Of a stretch of DNA of 64,000 bases, positions 38,991-51,988 are shown one piece after another. The notes under the pieces were generated by a model. It was given only the letters and a program-made list of their open reading frames with translations, had not been told where the DNA came from and ran no database searches. The position numbers were made by a program, and so were the translations under genes. The stretch comes from Basidiobolus meristosporus CBS 931.73 (lineage: Eukaryota > Fungi > Basidiobolomycota): positions 1-64,000 of the forward strand of contig MCFE01000282.1 in NCBI GenBank assembly GCA_002104905.1, written 5' to 3'. Positions within the stretch are counted from its first letter, which is position 1. Each line of letters begins with the position of its first letter.

Positions 38991-39529
38991 ACCTATCAAC
39001 ATGTAGCTCCAAATCCCCTATAATTTGACTTTCTTTCGTATATATACCACCAAAACATAGCAAAGTTATGTGGTTATCAAGCAATAAGCACTGCGTTCTG
39101 CAGCAGAAGAACAGTCGGAAGATTGCTTGCTTTGACATCCAGTACAAAATACATGGCTATTTCCAAAAACAAACATGTTGAAAATAGACTTGTGATGTAC
39201 ATTGGTGCTAAATAGTGCCAGTGTGTTACTGTTAGAGTATTAGACTATTAGGCATCATATAGCCCCCAAATATTTACTTAACAAAACTAGACTAGTCTTA
39301 GTCACTGTAGGACTCATTTAATGCCTTAACTTTGCCACTTTCTTTTATATTGATGATTCTATTTTTTTCACCTATAGTCAAGATTAAATTAGAACTTTCA
39401 TAAACCTTTTGTATTAACCCTGAATCTGTTGCAGAATGCTCCTGACTATTGAGAAGCTCTCCAAAAGTGTCAAGCAAAGGAGGGAAAAGCCTTAATTTCA
39501 TATGTATCAACGCTCAAAATTCCTTTGTT

Positions 39530-42483
39530 GGATAAGCACGTGCTTCTAAAACAGCCAAAGCAGTCCTCACTGTTGATGGACTTAAGATCAGATTTTGTAA
39601 TCATCAAATGTCATATTTGGTGAAGATTGTGAATTTATATTAAATAGCACATCCCTGGACTTGTCTGGCTCCATTGCTTTCCTATTATTGAGTGTGTATG
39701 CTTTACTCTCATTTCAGTAGTTCAAAAATATGCACTTAGACCTCTGGGCTCAAATTCTGCTCAATGTCTGGGCAGTTTCTCAGTATATGCTTTACACACA
39801 GATATTACTGGATGTTCTGCCCTTGGCTTATATATATGCCATGCCTGAAAGGAGTAGAATCACAAATTACTATGTTATTACTCCTATTTAGAGGCATACA
39901 TGTGGGGCAACTGATTCTACCCAAAAATCAAAGGATAAATTTGATTATGGAGCATAGATCTTGCCATACCAATTATTGATCTGCTTCTGCTGTGGAGAGA
40001 ATGGGACAGTAGTCTCTTGCTTTATTCCGCAAATTTTGCCGAAGTGGATGAAGAACTCTGAGGGAACTCTTCTAACATTGCCAGGGTGTATTTTGCTCCC
40101 ATTTTGACCAGTCTCTCATTCCACCATGACTTTAAACTCCCTGAGCTTAGACTTAGCCTCTTCTGTTCTCTCTATAAGCAAGACCCATACCTATATTCTA
40201 TAATCATCAACATAAGTGATTGAATACTTAATCCAGCCTAAAGATAAATCTTGCATCAGTCATCACAGATCTGAGTGAATTAGATGTAGATTTTTCGGGA
40301 TTTTGATTAGTCAGAGCTCTTGAACAGTTGTCTGACTTGCTTCCCATATAAGCAGGCTTCACAGTGCTCCAAAATATCAGGGAGGTCAATCTTTTCTATG
40401 AAAACTAGCCATTCTTTGATTATTTAGAGCAAATAATCATAATTAATGTGCTATAGTCTCCTGTACCAGAGAATTGGTGTTTTGTCATATAAGTTACTTA
40501 TACTGACTTCATGATATGCTGGAATATATGTCAACTTGCATGGTTTCTGATCTCTGATACCAAAAGCAATATGGGCACTATTTTGATCAGTGATCCTGCA
40601 TCCAGGTTTGTCAATGCCAAAACTAAGTCATTCTGCAGTGGCCTAACTTACAGATAGTAGGTTTTTGGCTATTTCTGTTACATAAAGTACCTCTTTGAAG
40701 GTAGATGTGTGGCTTCCTTCACTGATTCTCAGGCTGGCTAGGATAGTTACTTCTCCCACTGCAACTGGTATTCCGTAGTCACCTATGAAAACCTTCTTAT
40801 TTGGAATTTCTTGTTATTGGGTGAAAAGATCTCTTTGACATGTTAAGTGTTGAGATGCTCCAGAGTCAGTGTATCATGTTGGAGAGTCCTGGCTTGTGGT
40901 CATGTTTAGTGCAGATATGAACAGCCTATCTTCAGATGCCACAGCATTTCTATTTTCAGACCTTTTCTGCTGACTATCTCTTTTTTTGAGGCACAAATTT
41001 GATGTGCATCCTTTGCCTTAGCAGGAGTTGCAAAATAGGTTACTATTGCTTTTAAAGGGTCTTAGGTAACTTCTTTATCGGTAATTATTGCTTATTAAAG
41101 CCTTTTCCTTTTCCTCCTTATTGGCACCAGATTAAACTAGCAATTAACCTTTAACATTAAAGCAAACACACTTAAAGGCACATTGCTCTTTCCTTTTCTA
41201 CTTTAAGGCTTCCTCTTTCATATTTTTAGAGGGGCATTCTTCTTCCATGGCAATATCTCAAAGGCCTCATTCTTGTAGCGCATCTTCATCTTCACCTTCC
41301 ACACCTGGTAGATAGATCCAATAAATTTCTCAGCAGAGGGAAGATTTCCAGCAATAGCAGTAGTAGACACTGCAGCAAGTGAGAGCTTAGGGATCATAAC
41401 CTGATGTAACTGTCTTGGTGATATTTGAAGTGATTAGACTTGTTCCGTTGGATAGTGCCACATTGAGCCATGAGTGCCAAATAGTGCCATAGTGTGCCTG
41501 AGAGTCAGAGCAAACCTAAACTTGGCCACAGAGTGTGACATATAGTTCTGCATATTCATGCAAAGCAGCCCCTGTGTTTCACCTATGGTGCAGGAGAAAA
41601 TCAGTTTTTTAACCTTTTTTTTGGGATCAAAATTGTGCATGACATAAAAGAGCACAGGCAGACTGAAGATATACATCTGGTACACAATACCCATGGCACT
41701 CTAAATCTAGCCCCACAGGCTTGTAGCATGTCACAAAAATGCATGGCACTATCTTGGTCCACTGGTACTATCTGGCACTATAAGTGCTTTGTATAGGTTC
41801 TACTTTAGGGCTGATATTTAAATATAGTGCCAGATAGTACCAGTGGACCAAGATAGTGCCATGCATTTTGTGACATGCTACAAGCCTGTGGGGCTAGATT
41901 TAGAGTGCCATGGGTATTGTGTACCAGATGTATATCTTCAGTCTGCCTGTGCTCTTTTATGTCATGCACAATTTTGATCCCAAAAAAAAGGTTAAAAAAC
42001 TGATTTTCTCCTGCACCATAGGTGAAACACAGGGGCTGCTTTGCATGAATATGCAGAACTATATGTCACACTCTATGGCCAAGTTTAGGTCTGCTCTGAC
42101 TCTCAGGCACACTATGGCACTATTTGGTACTCATGGCTCAATGTGGCACTATCCAACGGAACAAGTCTATTAGATAACAAGCAAAATATGTGGTTTTCAC
42201 TCAATAATTTACTGAATGTCAAAGTATTTTTTATACTTTTACATGGTCTTGGTAGAACAAAAGCATATAATAGGTATAGGAAGGTCTCAAGAACATATGT
42301 GCAAAGTTTGGGTTGATTGGATAACTTTTCAAACTTCATGCTCTGGGCACCTGTTATTTTGGTGAGTATATTCCAAGCAAATCCCAACATGGAAATAGGA
42401 CAGTAATATATAAGATATCTAGGTAATAATCCAAGTGACTAAGTTAGGTGTATACTTAGGAGGAATAACAAACTTGCACAACA
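39530..42483 (-). mobile_element. Truncated Copia family A relic (gag-PR-integrase) with 5' LTR 41402-42483 interrupted by a MITE
   Basis: Collinear with 54.2-56.45 kb. PBS GGTTATGATCCC at ~41389-41401. The LTR resumes at 42172 and ends ...GCACAACA. Confidence 0.8.
41436..42168. mobile_element. Near-perfect palindromic MITE (733 bp), ATT TSD
   Basis: ~345-bp inverted arms around a ~45-bp spacer. ATT at 41433-41435 and 42169-42171. The uninterrupted A LTR has a single ATT (gaagtg-att-ggga). Confidence 0.92.
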
Positions 42484-43380
42484 TCTGATGCTGCTGTAAG
42501 AAGTCAAGATACTGGGCAAGAGAATGCCAGAAGAAACAAATGGACAAAAAACAGATACCCAAGCAGGGAAACCATGTAACATCAGATGAACAGTTATCTG
42601 GACTGGTGTAGTGGGGTCACAGTGACACCCACTGAGAGATGTGCTCATTCCCATATCATCTACTTCCCTATTTGTTGACTAAACTTATTTTAGCTTTATC
42701 CCATTTGTCTTACCTGATCAGTACTATCCCATAAGCTGGCTGACTATCACACCTGCTTACCTTATTGCATAAGTTATCCCTCACTTTATGTGAGATTACT
42801 TGCTGTTAGTGCTTCTATATAAGGCAAATACCAGCACCAGTACTTGTGACATATGATCAACCCATGTCACCATTCCCACAAGTTCTATTCCATATATAGT
42901 ATCCCTATGTTGCACAGGCTTCAGAGTGCTAATTCTTGATTGGTTGGATGTGCTGTGCCTCTTAGAACCTTCCAGCACCTACATAGAATACTCTTAGCTC
43001 ATTCTGATATCATTAAGATTTCTACTGATCTCCAGAACTTTCTGGAACACCATGATTAGTATTCACTTAGCCAGTGAGAAAAGTATATAAGGGAGGCAAT
43101 CCCTCAACAATAAATCATCATCCCTTTTATTAATACACCAACCTGCTGAGTAGTGTGTTCACTGCTACCTGCTGCTACCTGAACTTCCAACCCCAGACCA
43201 CAGGACACTCCCAGGAGACCATGCTGACAGCCAACTGACCTTGGAGGCACTACTTGTGAGGAATACTCATAGTATGTAGCTTTTATTATATCTGATACTT
43301 TCCCAAGTTTGTTCTTGTACAGGCAAAGATACTTTTCTGTCTTTGTAGCTGTTGACCACAGCTGTATTCTTATCAAGTCC
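42484..43380 (+). mobile_element. Family D transposase fragment
   Basis: Reverse-complement homolog of 1560-2270. Confidence 0.6.
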
Positions 43381-44203
43381 CTGCTGGTGGAGTTTACAGT
43401 TATTTTGACTTTGGAAGCTTTAGTGAGTTATTATCTCAAAGGATGCTGAACCCAGCACACACTTTTACTAAGACACCAACTTAGTAAGGGGTTGTAGCTC
43501 AATAGTTTTCCCTTGACAAGCTTGTGGCTTTATTCCCCATCATATTAGAATAGAGACAGAACCCAAGTAATCCTAGCAAGCCTTTGCCAGAGGTTATTGC
43601 ACCCAGTAAACACCCAAAACACAAGACACCTGAGAAGTGTTGGACATATCTCTCCCTTGGACCTATACATCACTACACCAGTATAAGAGAGTGCAAGTTG
43701 CCATAGTAACTAATGCTATATTGACTCTGGAGCATTACAGCATGCTCATTGTGTAAAAGTATACTTCAGCAAATTAAAATCTATTCCTGCAAGAAAGGCT
43801 TATCTGGGCAATAACTCTGCACTACATGCTAATGCCAGTGGGCTTATAAAGCTAAATATGAACAATAACTCATGGGCAAAAATAGCTGAGTTGACTGACT
43901 TACTCTAGGTGCGTGAAATTGCTGAGAACCCAATCTCAGTGCGTAAAGCAGCTACTAAGGGACTGAAGTTGGCTATTACTAAGCCAAGCTGCTCAACATT
44001 GAGCAAAGCTGGACAAAAACTTGCTTTGGTAGACTGAGATCATAATATATGCAAGTTGCAACTCAAGATCATTTTACCTGAATATGTTTACTTTGCTGGA
44101 ACTTATGAATCTAAAAGAGAGATGTGGCATAGAAGGCAAGGACAAATTGGGGAACAGTAGATGAGCTTATTGGTGAGAAATCAACTTGTTTTGGGACTTG
44201 GTC

Positions 44204-45345
44204 TTTGGTAATGGAAAGTATTCCATTGCTAAAATATCTTAAAACCAATATTGCACTAATTCTTTATTATGCTTTTGATATTGTTACACACAAATTAAGG
44301 ATCTAGAAACTCCAACTTTGAATGAAAAAAGTGCAAGGATCTGACTAGCAATCCACCCAAGAATATTATATCATGCAGAACATTCAGAAGCCAACACATG
44401 TTTCAAATTGCAGCTCATTTGAAGTAGTACATAAGTAGTTATGATCAAAAAAGTCCAATAACCATATATATTAGGCCCCTATTGCTAGGATTACTATGGT
44501 GACTTTGATTGCATGTAACCTTTGAACCAGCTGATCAAATTACAAGAGACTCCCACAGGTGCTGCACCCATGTCCAAACTACACCACTGTAGAGTTTAGC
44601 TTTGTACCTTATGTATGGATTGTGCAATTGCACAAAAACTTTCATCCTTGAGAATTTCCAAAAATATGACTTCTCCAGCTGAAAAATTAAAGGAGAGCCT
44701 CTCTTTCCAGAATCTCCACACTACAATTACAAGCTAAAAGGCTATAAGAGCTTCCTTGCATCACTTACACTGCTGAATGCTCTGACTTGATTGGTACTAC
44801 ATCGGTAAAGAGACTGCAAAGCTCACAAGAATCCAATCTAAGTTCTAAAAGAAAACTGCCACTTTTCTGTTGGAAAAGTCCCCTCTCAGAAGCCCTGTAG
44901 TCTAGAGACCCCTTTAAGGAATCTTATTACCCTAAAGAACCCCCTTTACTCTAAAGAAACCCCTGTAGACACCCCTTTAGGTCAACAGACCCCTTGATTG
45001 ACTTCTACACCACACTCCTTTGGGTTAATAGAGAGTTCAGGACTTTCATACTAGGAAATATTCTCTCATAAAGGAAAGTGGCTTTCAAATAAGGAGATGA
45101 TAACTTAAAAGTAAATAATCCCAATGGTTGACAGAAGGCAGAAAATTGCTGTAGAAGTGAGAAGCACTGCCCATAGTGTATTTTGAGCCTATTATTGAGG
45201 ATATTGGTGTAAGTTATATCTTCTTTTGGTATATCAAATTCCCAACAAGCTATTTCAGTATTAGCATACTGGAAGTTGTTGTATATTGTACATTAGCCAC
45301 CACATCACAGAACAAGCCCCAACCTAATCATAATACAACACAACA
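44204..45345 (+). mobile_element. Solo LTR family F, older copy
   Basis: Homologous end to end with 36450-37648. Flanks ggtc/gatt (two transitions apart). Confidence 0.8.
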
Positions 45346-46889
45346 GATTACTCAATTCCAATCACATTGAGTGTCAGTAAGGGATGCTAAATACAAACTA
45401 GCTAGGAAATGTTTCAGGAGCTCAGGAGGCATTAATACCACCAATATATTGGCTATTGTGCACTCATATATGTGTGGGCCCATGGGAACACTCTCCTTTA
45501 GAGCCAAGAAACATTTTATGATATTGATTGATAACAAGACAATATTTACATGAGTATACATCCTGAAGACAAAGGATGAGGCTTTAGAGACGTTCAAGCC
45601 CTCCAAGAACATGGCTGCAACACAAATGTGGTGAAAAATGAAGGTATTTCACAGTGGCAATGGAGGAGAATACTGTTCTAAGAAGTTTGCAAGTTACTGC
45701 TCAGCTACTGGTATACTTACGTCAGCCACTATCCTACATACTTCACAGCAAAATGAAGCAATCAAAAGGGCTAATATAACAATAGTAGAGATGACACAAA
45801 GTATGCTATATGAGAAGAAAATTGACCACAGGTTTTGGGTAAATATGTTTCCATAGTAGGTATATAGAATAAATCTCCAACAATAGCACTACATGATTCT
45901 ACACTATCTGAAGCATCTACATATAAATAACCAGACCTCTAGCACCTTTGGATCTTTGGCAGTGATGCTTACCATCACATCTGTAACAAAAAGTGATTCA
46001 AGTTGAGACCAAAAACTGGAAAAGGGATCCTTCCTATCTATTGTGAGAATACCAGAGGGTATAAAGTGTATGGTGGCAAAATTCCAAAGCTATGCAAGAG
46101 CAGGGATGCTGTTTTTGAGGGGAACTCAGATCAGAAAGCTACTAAGATCATTGGCTAGCTGCCAGATGATGCAATCACTACTGATGAAGAACATATACCT
46201 AACACAGCCAGATACACAGCAAAATTCTACCAGTTCCAGATTAGAATATATTATCCCAGTTAGAAGATCTAACAAAATAAGAAATGCCCTTAGATCTTGG
46301 TGGCAGGCATCCAATGACCATGAAGAAGCTTATCTTGCCTTATACAGCCCACCTCTGAATCTGGAACAGGAAATGCAAAATGCAGATGCTACCATGTGGC
46401 AACAAGCTATGCAGGAGGAGTAGCAATCTTTGCTCAAGGCAAAAATGTGGAAACTGGTAGATTTACCAAATGCAAGAAGCCAATAGAATGTATATGTTTT
46501 AGCAAGATCAAAGTATCCTTAGTTTGTACCATTGATATGTACAATGTTAGATTGGTAGCCAAAGGCTACCCCTAGATCCAGGGACCAGACTTCAAGGAAA
46601 TACTTACTCCAGTAGCCAAACCTAACTCAAATAAACTATTTCTAGCCCTGGCAGCTTTACATAGTCATGGTCTACCCCAAATGGCTGCCAAAATATTCTT
46701 TCTAAATGGGGATCTGCAAGAAACTATATATAAGGAGTAAATAGAAAGCTTTAGCAATCCAAATGGCCCCTATAAGGTCTGCAGACTCAGAAAACTGCTA
46801 TAAGGGCTTAAGCAGGCACCTAGAACATGGTTAACCAGACTGACACATATCTAGAGGAGATTGGGCTTATTTGTATCACTGCAAATCAC

Positions 46890-47240
46890 TTTGAATTAAT
46901 TAGGAGCTCACATAATCACCAATATATTATGAACTAGCACTTAGTTACATTATGTAGTGCAGAACATGAAATTTGAAATTTGCATGCAGAATATTTGCTG
47001 ATTATTTGGAAATAGTGAAGTATAGAATTTTAGGAATCTGAAACTTGTCAAAATGAGCTGAAACTTGGCACATATACTCCTGAGACTCCTTTCATTATGA
47101 CTAAGTAGTTATGTATATGTAGCTCTGTAATAAGCTCAAATACTCTGCTGTAACTCAATCAAACAATAAGTGAACATCATGTAAATCTTCTAATTCTCCA
47201 ACTCACTTTCAATATATCTCTCTAATACCTTAACAATTTA
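46890..47240. mobile_element. ~350-bp LTR-like insertion in the Copia RT (unassigned family)
   Basis: Interrupts the RT between ...gcaaatcact and gtatatatgtg and ends in ACA. No clean TSD, no paralog in the window. Confidence 0.4.
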
Positions 47241-50200
47241 CAGTATATATGTGAAGCTGCTTAAAAGGGAGTGATTTTTCTGGTACTTCATGTGGACAAC
47301 CTAATAATAGCTACAAGTGACCAGGAGGCACTTAAACATACACAATCTGACCTTCTCAGCAAGTTTAAGATGAGAAATCTGTAAAGATTTAGCTATTGAC
47401 TTAGAGTTGAAGTCAAACCTAGCATATCTCCACATAAACCTGTGCCAAATCAGTCTAAGTACAACAGGCGCACTCTTAGACTCTTCAATATGGTAAATTG
47501 CTAGCCTGCCACAACCCCCATGGTCAATAACCAGAGTTTGGGCAAATCTCAGCCAGTTTTTGGTGGAAATAGCTGAAGTATGAACCAATACTTTCCCTAT
47601 CAGTCATTGGTTTGTAGTGTAATGTACTTGATTTACATATACAGGTCCAGATAGTGCAGTGGCAATAGGAATAGCTAGTCAGTTAGTGCAGAGTTATGGA
47701 ACTGTGCAAATTGCAGCATTTATGCATTTCTTCCAATATCTGCAATGTACCACAAATATAGGTCTAGAATACTCCGAAGCAACAAATAGGCAACAATTTT
47801 ATGACTTTTGTAACTCAGCTCAAGGTAGGGATCTGAAAGAAGGAATCTATACTAATGGGTAAGTATTTCTATATGCTGGTGCAGCCATTAACCGGAATTG
47901 TTAGAAACAACTAACTGGGGCACTTTCTACAACTAGGCAGAGAATATGGCTGCTTGGTAGGCAACTAAGGATGCTTTATGGTTACAAATATTACTCAAAG
48001 ACTTGGTTTTAGCTCTAATGAGCCATCTTTTACTTATAAGGATAGCCAAGGTTGTATTTCATTAGCTAGCAATCCTACTGATCATGCCAGAACTGAGCAC
48101 ATAGATATATAACACCACTTTGTGTGGTAAGTTGTTGAAATTATAAAGTAGAGCTAACTTATTGCCCAAATGACAAAATGGGGGTGGACATACTGCCAAA
48201 ACCACTAGCTAGGCCACAGCTTGAGAGTCTCAGAGAGATTTTGGGTCTTAGAAGACATTTAGTTAGAGGTGAAGGTTGAAATATTGTACTGCTTGGTAGT
48301 ATTCAGCAGCTAAAATTTACTTAACAAAGCTGGACTAGTCTTTGTCAAAGTGGGACTTATTTACAGCTTTAACTTGGCCACCTTCTTTCAGTTCTTTGAT
48401 CCTGTGCCCTATGAAAAGTGATTGTGACGAACACATCAAAAGGCTGTCACAAATTTAAAGTCCTGTGACTAAGAGGTATTGATCCTCAGGGGACAAACTG
48501 CAAAGACTGTCAAAAAGTAATTATACCCCAGATTTCACAACAAACTTGGTCAAAATTTCTCATCACAACAACACAAAAGTGGCTCTTGATTGGTTCTCTG
48601 TCAATTTTCTCACTTTCTGATCACAGACACTCTATTGCCTCCTATGCTTGAGTGCATTGACTGGCAGTTATCACTTTTTCACACTCCTTACCTCCTGACT
48701 TGATTGTTTCTCTTACTTTGCATGCATACATTTTGATTTATATATATTGAAACTTAAGTTAGGCCTCAATTACCAATTGTGCTGACCTACACAAGTCTCT
48801 ATACCCTACACTAACATTAAGTCCAACCCCACACTCAATTAGTAACTCCATTAAGATCCATCACTCAATAGGCATATCTGCTGTAAAACTCTGTTTCTAT
48901 GACTTTGGCAAGAACCCTACAGCTTTACACCACTATCCATTCACTGGTTCCCATACATCTTGGTCTTCAGCTGGCACTGCAAGGTATAACACCACATCTG
49001 CCAGCCTTTGCAATAAATCCTTGCAATGTTCAAGTGTGTTTTCTTGAGCACTACTCCTGAAGAAGTGCTGTAATATCTGGATGTGCATATTGATGTTCTA
49101 AAGTTTCACTGCAGGCATTGTGATAATCTTTCAGTTCTTGACTTTGTCACCTTATCTGTTGGTAAGATCTCCACTCTGTCAGCAATATAGGATCTGGAGG
49201 CTGTGATAGAAAAATTGCATTTCTCTGCATACTCAACTACCTCACTGAAGCATAGCTCAGCTGGCTGTGCTTCCAACTCTTGTAAAAACAGCTGCATTCT
49301 TGTTGTTAATTCTTCTTGGCTATGATGGGATTTAGTAAGTTCCAGGCTTACACCATTAATTGGCAAGAACTGCAGCTTTTTTCTCAGGCTTTCCTGACTC
49401 TGGCTTGTGTGACTTATTCCCTTTACCTGTTCCAATATAACTGTTAGGTCTTTCACTGCTACTTGGTCTGAGTGCTCTTTGCATTGATCTATTTCTTTTC
49501 CTTGATAAATGCTACTCTGATGCTTCTGTTTTGGCCTGATTGTCCCTTGATGGCACTGTGCAGGCAACCCAAACCTCTTTCCTGCTTGTTTCAAGCTCTC
49601 AGCCCATGCTATAATAGGCTACTCAGGTAACTGCTGGTTCTTATCACTACTGGGTCCTTCAGTACTACTCTGACTGATTGCTTCTTGGGTAGAATTATAC
49701 TTTTTTCTTGGTTAATGTTGTGCTGATGCATCTACATCTACCTGCTTTTCCCTTATTGGCACTCTTCCAGCTACCTGATGCTTCTTTAACACTTGTTTGG
49801 AGCTTTTGGTCCTGCTTGTAATGGGCTCTTGAGGAAGCCACTGGTTTTGACCTCACAACAATGAAACTTCAATGTCTTTTAGCTTTAGGCTTGGCATAAA
49901 CACTAATTATTCTCCCTCCCATGCTGTAGTAGACTTTTCTGTGGGCTTTGTCTTTGGGCACTGTTGTTGTGCTTCAAAGACTGTACAGTGTTCCTCTGCT
50001 GTTACATTGGAAAATTGCTCAACTCTGAGCTGTGACATTTGATGACTTGAGTTCCTTGCTTGCAGCAAAGATACTGCTTTCACTACCTGGGATATTGATT
50101 GCTCTACTCTTATTATCAGCTCATCCTGCTTCAGGGCTATTGCCAGACTTCTCTGGGCCATTGCATCTGTCCTATTGGCCACTGCACCTAATAGCCTCAT

Positions 50201-51988
50201 TAATGCTCAGTATGAGCTGACAACACACTTGCTAATATGGGTGGTGGTGATGTCATAATGGCCACTTGCTGGTCTTCAACTGAAGGGACTGCTTTTGCTA
50301 CATTCTCATATGCCTCAGCATTATGGTCAGCATGTGGCTCTACAGAGATTCCCAACTACCTACTTGACCCAGAGCCCCAGGAGTGGCATTATTACCTACT
50401 GTGAGCACACTGCCCACAGGGCCTTTTTTGGTTGTAGCCCTGCTTGTTGCACTGAATGTCAAAGCAAGCTGATGTCCTAGTGTTCTTTTACTGCTGTCAA
50501 TTATGGGTTTTGGCTGGGAGCCAGATAACTGCGCTTATTTCTTTTGGCAATATATAAATATGAAAGTGAGTCAAACCAACAGGGAAATATTGCTACATGT
50601 ATGTGTGTATGTGGTGCCACAACTTTATTCATAAAGCTTACTATGGCAGGTCATCATTGAATCTTACATTCATGTAGGTGCAATGTCTCAAACACAAAAC
50701 TGCCTGAAGTCCACAGGAGTACTAACAAAACAATGATATAATAGTGCTACATTGACAAGTGGCAAGCTCTTTGCCCCCTGGAGAGTACTACTTTGTTAAC
50801 ACACTGTACAAAAAGAGAAAAAAGACCACTTGGCTATTGCAGCAAGCCTCTCAGCCATGAGGCATGCATACAGCATAGGAAGTATTGAAAGGATTGCAGT
50901 GGGTGTTTCATCACACAACTCATATTTGACCATTCATCAGTCACTACTGTACCAACAATATCATGCTGGCCAGTTGTACTTCTAGAGTGGCACCTGGTTG
51001 TACTTGTCACCTTGCACAAACTGAGTCAGGTGAGTTTGTGATGCCCTTAGGCAGCCCTCCAAATATGGCAAGCAGAGTGATAGCTCCAAAAAAGCATGCT
51101 CACTGATGCATAATGAGCCTATCTCCCCCAACATTAGTACCCTGCATGAACCTGGCAAAACCCCTGTATCCAATCAGACAACATCCATAGCAAAAAAAGC
51201 CAAAGATACTCTATGAAGCCAAGTGAGCCCAGTATTCCATCTACTGGTGAATGATGTGATGATGTGGCTAGAGAAGTGGTTTGTTTTAACTGTTATTGGT
51301 GATGGGGGCTTTGAGAATTCACTGCTACTTCATGGCAAAGTTATTCCAGGATGCTGCTTACCATCTACATGGTACAAGTGGACAACTACTATACAGCTGG
51401 CAGCATATGACCCAGAGACTGTCCTGATACCAGCATGTGTAAACAGTTGCAAGGCGTTCACATTAGAAAATGCTGCATTTGCAAGGTGTCCAACTTGTCA
51501 GGAGCCCACCACCATAAGAGGAAAGTATCACTCACACTCCAGAGATATTCCAACAACTCCACATCTAAAGAAGCTCATGCAGTCTAACAAATATTTAAAG
51601 CTATAAAGTACCTTACTTAGTATCAATCAAGCGCAAACATTTCCAATATTTTTAATGGCAAACATTACAAACAACTAAGAAGCAAGGACTACTTTGAAGT
51701 TATGTATGACCATGTCTTTGCCTTGACACATGATGGATTATCACTGTACAAGTACCCTACTTGCAAATCCTGCTGGCAACTGATTCTCATCAACCTGAAG
51801 CTGCCACTTATCTTATGGTACTAGAACAGAAATCTGATGATAGTCTCACTAGTATCTGGGCTTAAATTGCCATCCAACCTGGATAGCTACCTTTATCCAT
51901 TGCTGGATGAATGTTGTATGTCTTCTAGCCAGATACTACTAGCTGGCTATTGTACTAAAGCACATACTATTATCTGCATTGGTGATTG

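Larger units (their letters stand above)
43600..48420 (+). mobile_element. Decayed Copia (family C-like) internal region with partial 3' LTR
   Basis: Protease IDSGA (~43.72 kb), integrase HSYMCGPM and SGNGGEY (45.4-45.9 kb), RT LVLHVDNL (~47.29 kb), RNase H ~47.9-48.2 kb, then C-type LTR start near 48272. Confidence 0.75.

Noticed and set aside
7066-42173. Repeated ~86-aa ORFs MGI...YPTEQV as a small protein family
   Set aside because: They are mirror translations of the MITE arms, disrupted in other copies, with no recognisable domain.
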